Shown here: positions 61,541 to 64,000 of the stretch, in pieces
Position numbering within the stretch: position 1 is the first letter of the stretch
Layout of the letters: every line of letters begins with the position of its first letter
NCBI GenBank assembly: GCA_963791885.1
Contig: CAWBUL010000005.1
Coordinates: 1,942,356-2,006,355, forward strand
DNA: 64,000 bases
From: an uncultured Pseudomonadota bacterium
GTDB taxonomy: Bacteria; Pseudomonadota; Alphaproteobacteria; Acetobacterales; Acetobacteraceae
Direction: 5' to 3'
Notes under the pieces: generated by a model
Told to the model about the DNA's origin: nothing
Seen by the model: the letters and a program-made list of their open reading frames with translations, nothing else
Database searches by the model: none
Program-made: the position numbers and the translations under genes

Positions 61541-61870
61541 ATGCGTCCCAGGCAACGGCGTGACAGCGGCCAGTATGATTTGCTTCGCGCCCGGCTGGAC
61601 CAGATCGTCGATCTGAACCATCCGCTCTCGAAGCTGGCCCGCACCATCGACTGGCGGTTCCTCGAAGATCCGCTCGGTCCGCTACGACCGGGCCAAGGAG
61701 TTGAGCGCCCGGCTGGCGGCCGACATCGCGGCGATGACGGCCCAGGCCGAGGCGGCTGATCGCGAACAAGACGACCCGCAGGCCCTTCCGGCGGAACTCG
61801 CACGGCGTGAGGCGCTCAAGGCGAAGCTCGATGCCGCTTGCGCGCGGCTGGAAGCCGAGGCGTCGTTGTA
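61541..61870 (+). pseudogene. IS5/IS1182-type transposase fragments (N-terminal InsH-like block fused out of frame to a central coiled-coil block)
   Basis: QYDLLRARLDQIVDLNHPLSKLARTIDWRFLE is the DUF772/InsH N-terminal pattern. In another frame, YDRAKELSARL...ALPAELARREALKAKLDAACARLEAEA follows and then a stop. No DDE domain is present. Confidence 0.55.
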
Positions 61871-61920
61871 GCGGTGCTCGGCCGTGTGCCCATCGAGATC
61901 GCGCCTGAGGCGGCCCGGAT

Positions 61921-62248
61921 GCAAATGGAGATGATTGGAATGAATAAAGAGGACCTCGAAAAGCTGCGGCGGGAGCTGGAAAGCTTGGTCACCGACTTCA
62001 GAGGGGGACGCAGCGGCCCCTATTCGACGGAGTTACAGTATAATCTGTCGCGGCTCACGACTGCGCTGACCGGTTTCACGCAACTCGGATACCGGTCAAT
62101 GCATGGGTATCAGGAGCCGGCCGAGCTGCTGGCCCAGATCGACAGTCTGCTTGCCCAAACGGATGAGATCCGCGATCTCGCGGAGCGGGTGCGCGAAATT
62201 CTGCTGCGGCCTCCTCCGGAGGAGAAGTCGTCAGATTTCACGAACTAG
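61921..62248 (+). CDS. Hypothetical protein
   Basis: MQMEMIGMNKEDLEKLRRELESLV... is a helical small protein. The start was chosen at the first ATG after the transposase fragment. No family recognised. Confidence 0.3.
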
Positions 62249-62364
62249 GCCGTGACCGAAAAGGAACGCACGCTGCGGCACGCACAAGTTCCGTGAAGTA
62301 ATCAACGCGGCGAAGACGATTGCTGAGGTGCCGACGAAGTCGGCTTCGCTGAGGAGGAGTAACC

Positions 62365-62565
62365 TTGGCCTGGAAGCTCGCTCAATGCGCCTGGCGCGAT
62401 CGGTCACAGCTCGATGCATATCTCGGGGAGAGTTGGGAGCCGTTCGCGGTCACCGACGCCTACGGCGAAGCGATTGTCTGGCTACGCCGTTCCGCTGACC
62501 TGCAGGACGCCAAAGTGGTTAATTTGCCGCGGCCGCCACGCGGCGAGCCGGAGGTAGCGCGATGA
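62365..62565 (+). CDS. Hypothetical small protein
   Basis: 66-aa ORF with a TTG start, preceded by GAGGAGG 7 nt upstream. Confidence 0.4.
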   Translation: MAWKLAQCAWRDRSQLDAYLGESWEPFAVTDAYGEAIVWLRRSADLQDAKVVNLPRPPRGEPEVAR

Positions 62566-62703
62566 ACGCAAACAATCTCGCGGGAGCCTCAGCGTGCGGA
62601 CTTTCCGCATAGCTCGGCCGGCGCAGGTGGTGCATCCAGGGGTGCACCGGGTGCGCCGTCCAGCCGCCGCGTCTGAAATGCGACTGTCCAAGCGGGGAGT
62701 GAC

Positions 62704-63594
62704 ATGCGGCCGATATTGTTCGCCTGGCTGGCTGGCGCGATCGCACTGATCGTCGTCGCCTTCTTCTTGGAACCTTTCGTGGTCGTCCCCGCCGGCAGTC
62801 GCGGCGTGCTGCTCGACTTCGGCGCCGTGCAACCAGAGCCGCTCGCGCCTGGCCTGCACCTGATCACACCGATCGTGCAGTCGGTTGTCGAGATGGATAC
62901 GCGTGTGCAGCTCCATCAGGACACCGAGGAAGCGGCCAGCCACGACTTGCAGGACGTTCACGCGTCGGTGGCGACGAATTGGCGCATCAAGGAGGAAGCG
63001 GCGCCGCATCTCTACCAGACAATCGGTCCCGTGCGGCAAATTCTCGACCGGCTGATCGTTCCTGCGATCGCCAACACGATCAAGGCGGTGACGGCGCACT
63101 TCGATGCCGAGGAACTGATCACGAAGCGCGATCAGGTCGCCGATCAGGCTTTGACAGTCCTGCGCGCCTATCTCGCGCCCTACGATGTGTAGGTCGAAGC
63201 CATCAACATCACCAATTTCAGCTTCTCGCCGGACTTCTCGCAAGCGATCGAGCGGAAGCAGGTAGCGCAGCAACAGGCTTTGCAGGCGGAATACGAGCTG
63301 CAACAGAAGCGTGTCAGCGCGCAGCAGCAGGTGGTGGAAGCGCAGGCGGCGGCGGCGCGCGTCGAACAGGCGCGCGGCGAGGCGCAGGCGATCATCTTGA
63401 ACGCCGACGCACAGGCGAAGGCCAACACGGAGATCGCCAAATCGTTCGACCCGGCGATCATCCAGTGGCGAGCGATCCAAAGTTGGGACGGCAAGATGCC
63501 GACCTTCCTCGGCACTTCGGCACCGTTGCCATTCCTCAACCTCGGTCCCGCCTCACCAACGCAGGGCATCACTACGGAGAGCAAAACGCCGTGA
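62704..63594 (+). pseudogene. SPFH/band-7 (prohibitin-like) protein interrupted by an in-frame TAG
   Basis: The sequence has an N-terminal TM helix followed by VVVPAGSRGVLLDFGAV...APYDV, then TAG (63190-63192). It continues VEAINITNFSFSPDFSQAIERKQVAQQQA...AIQSWDG in the same reading frame (62704 and 63280 are both frame 1). Confidence 0.75.
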
Positions 63595-63889
63595 CGATGG
63601 ACGGCCGCGCTAACTTCGAGACTTCGTGGAGATTTCCGAGCGGGGCCGGGATCTCGTCGCCCTCGGCTTGCACGTAAAGACCTGTCCACAAACCCTTCGA
63701 GATATTACCCGCGTCAATCTCATTGACGACAATCTTGTATATCTCGTCATCGGATGTAGATGCGCTGGGCCGAATGGGGTCACGTGCAACAACCTTCCCG
63801 CCGTCAAAACCGGGCTCGTCAGCGGGGGGCTGCATTGTGGAGCCCATGGGCGGTCGCTGGCCTTTTGGCACGCCGAATGTGGCGCGCAC
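63572..63889 (-). CDS. Hypothetical protein
   Basis: 105-aa ORF. The segment DEIYKIVVNEIDAGNISKGLWTGLYVQAEGDE resembles a short motif common in small proteobacterial proteins. No functional call. Confidence 0.3.
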   Translation of the reverse strand: MRATFGVPKGQRPPMGSTMQPPADEPGFDGGKVVARDPIRPSASTSDDEIYKIVVNEIDAGNISKGLWTGLYVQAEGDEIPAPLGNLHEVSKLARPSIVTAFCSP

Positions 63890-64000
63890 CCGCTCCCAGC
63901 TGCTCAGATACGCTAACCACAGACCATAGAACGCCCCCCGACTACCAACTGCACTGGGCAGCGGGGGCCGCGGGAATTATAGGCGGCGTAAGCCTTGGAT

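Noticed and set aside
63190-63192. Reading the TAG in the SPFH gene as pyrrolysine or another recoding event
   Set aside because: There is no evidence of pyl genes or recoding signals in the window, and the lineage is not known for amber recoding. A nonsense mutation or sequencing error is the simpler explanation.
50656-64000. Direct repeat of the tRNA-Leu 3' end that would define the island's att boundary
   Set aside because: I scanned by eye for GGTTCGACTCCCCC/CCCGGCGGGCA-like strings downstream and found only unrelated G/C runs (for example 61091-61116). I cannot exclude a short or degenerate repeat without a computed search, so no boundary is claimed.

Overview
High-GC (about 65%) alphaproteobacterial chromosomal segment. 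All family assignments come from reading motifs in the supplied translations; no database search was run. Positions 1-44,250 are ordinary metabolic and housekeeping DNA. They hold a gallate/protocatechuate lower-pathway-like module (PIG-L hydratase plus RraA-like aldolase), a dCache hybrid histidine kinase, rluD, rpoH, an aldose epimerase with a sugar-porter gene, and bdhA. They also hold a type III polyketide synthase-methyltransferase-flavoprotein operon, Liv-type and Dpp/Opp-type ABC transporter operons, a 1-Cys peroxiredoxin, and hisZ-purA. The most interesting locus is at 39.9-44.2 kb. A 794-aa PKD-containing membrane protein is followed 24 nt later by a hybrid histidine kinase. The three N-terminal transmembrane helices of that kinase track the plant ETR1 ethylene-binding domain, including the Cys/His copper ligands. 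From 44.2 kb onward the window is riddled with insertion sequences. A patatin-like phospholipase gene is split by an IS5-family element, which is itself split by an IS630-family element. There are two further near-identical IS630 copies and one decayed remnant; one copy splits a methyltransferase gene and another is hit by an IS3/IS407-type element. A second IS3/IS407 copy lies at 7.9 kb in inverted orientation. A tRNA-Leu(UAA) at 50,575-50,655 marks the start of a lower-GC, heavily eroded island. The island contains a DUF5681 phage-like gene, transposase fragments of IS3, IS6 and IS1182/IS5 types, an ABC ATPase fragment, and an SPFH gene with an in-frame amber codon. Other pseudogenes are a GST with a 1-nt insertion and a Liv-type binding protein with a large internal deletion. 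No rRNA genes or CRISPR arrays were seen.
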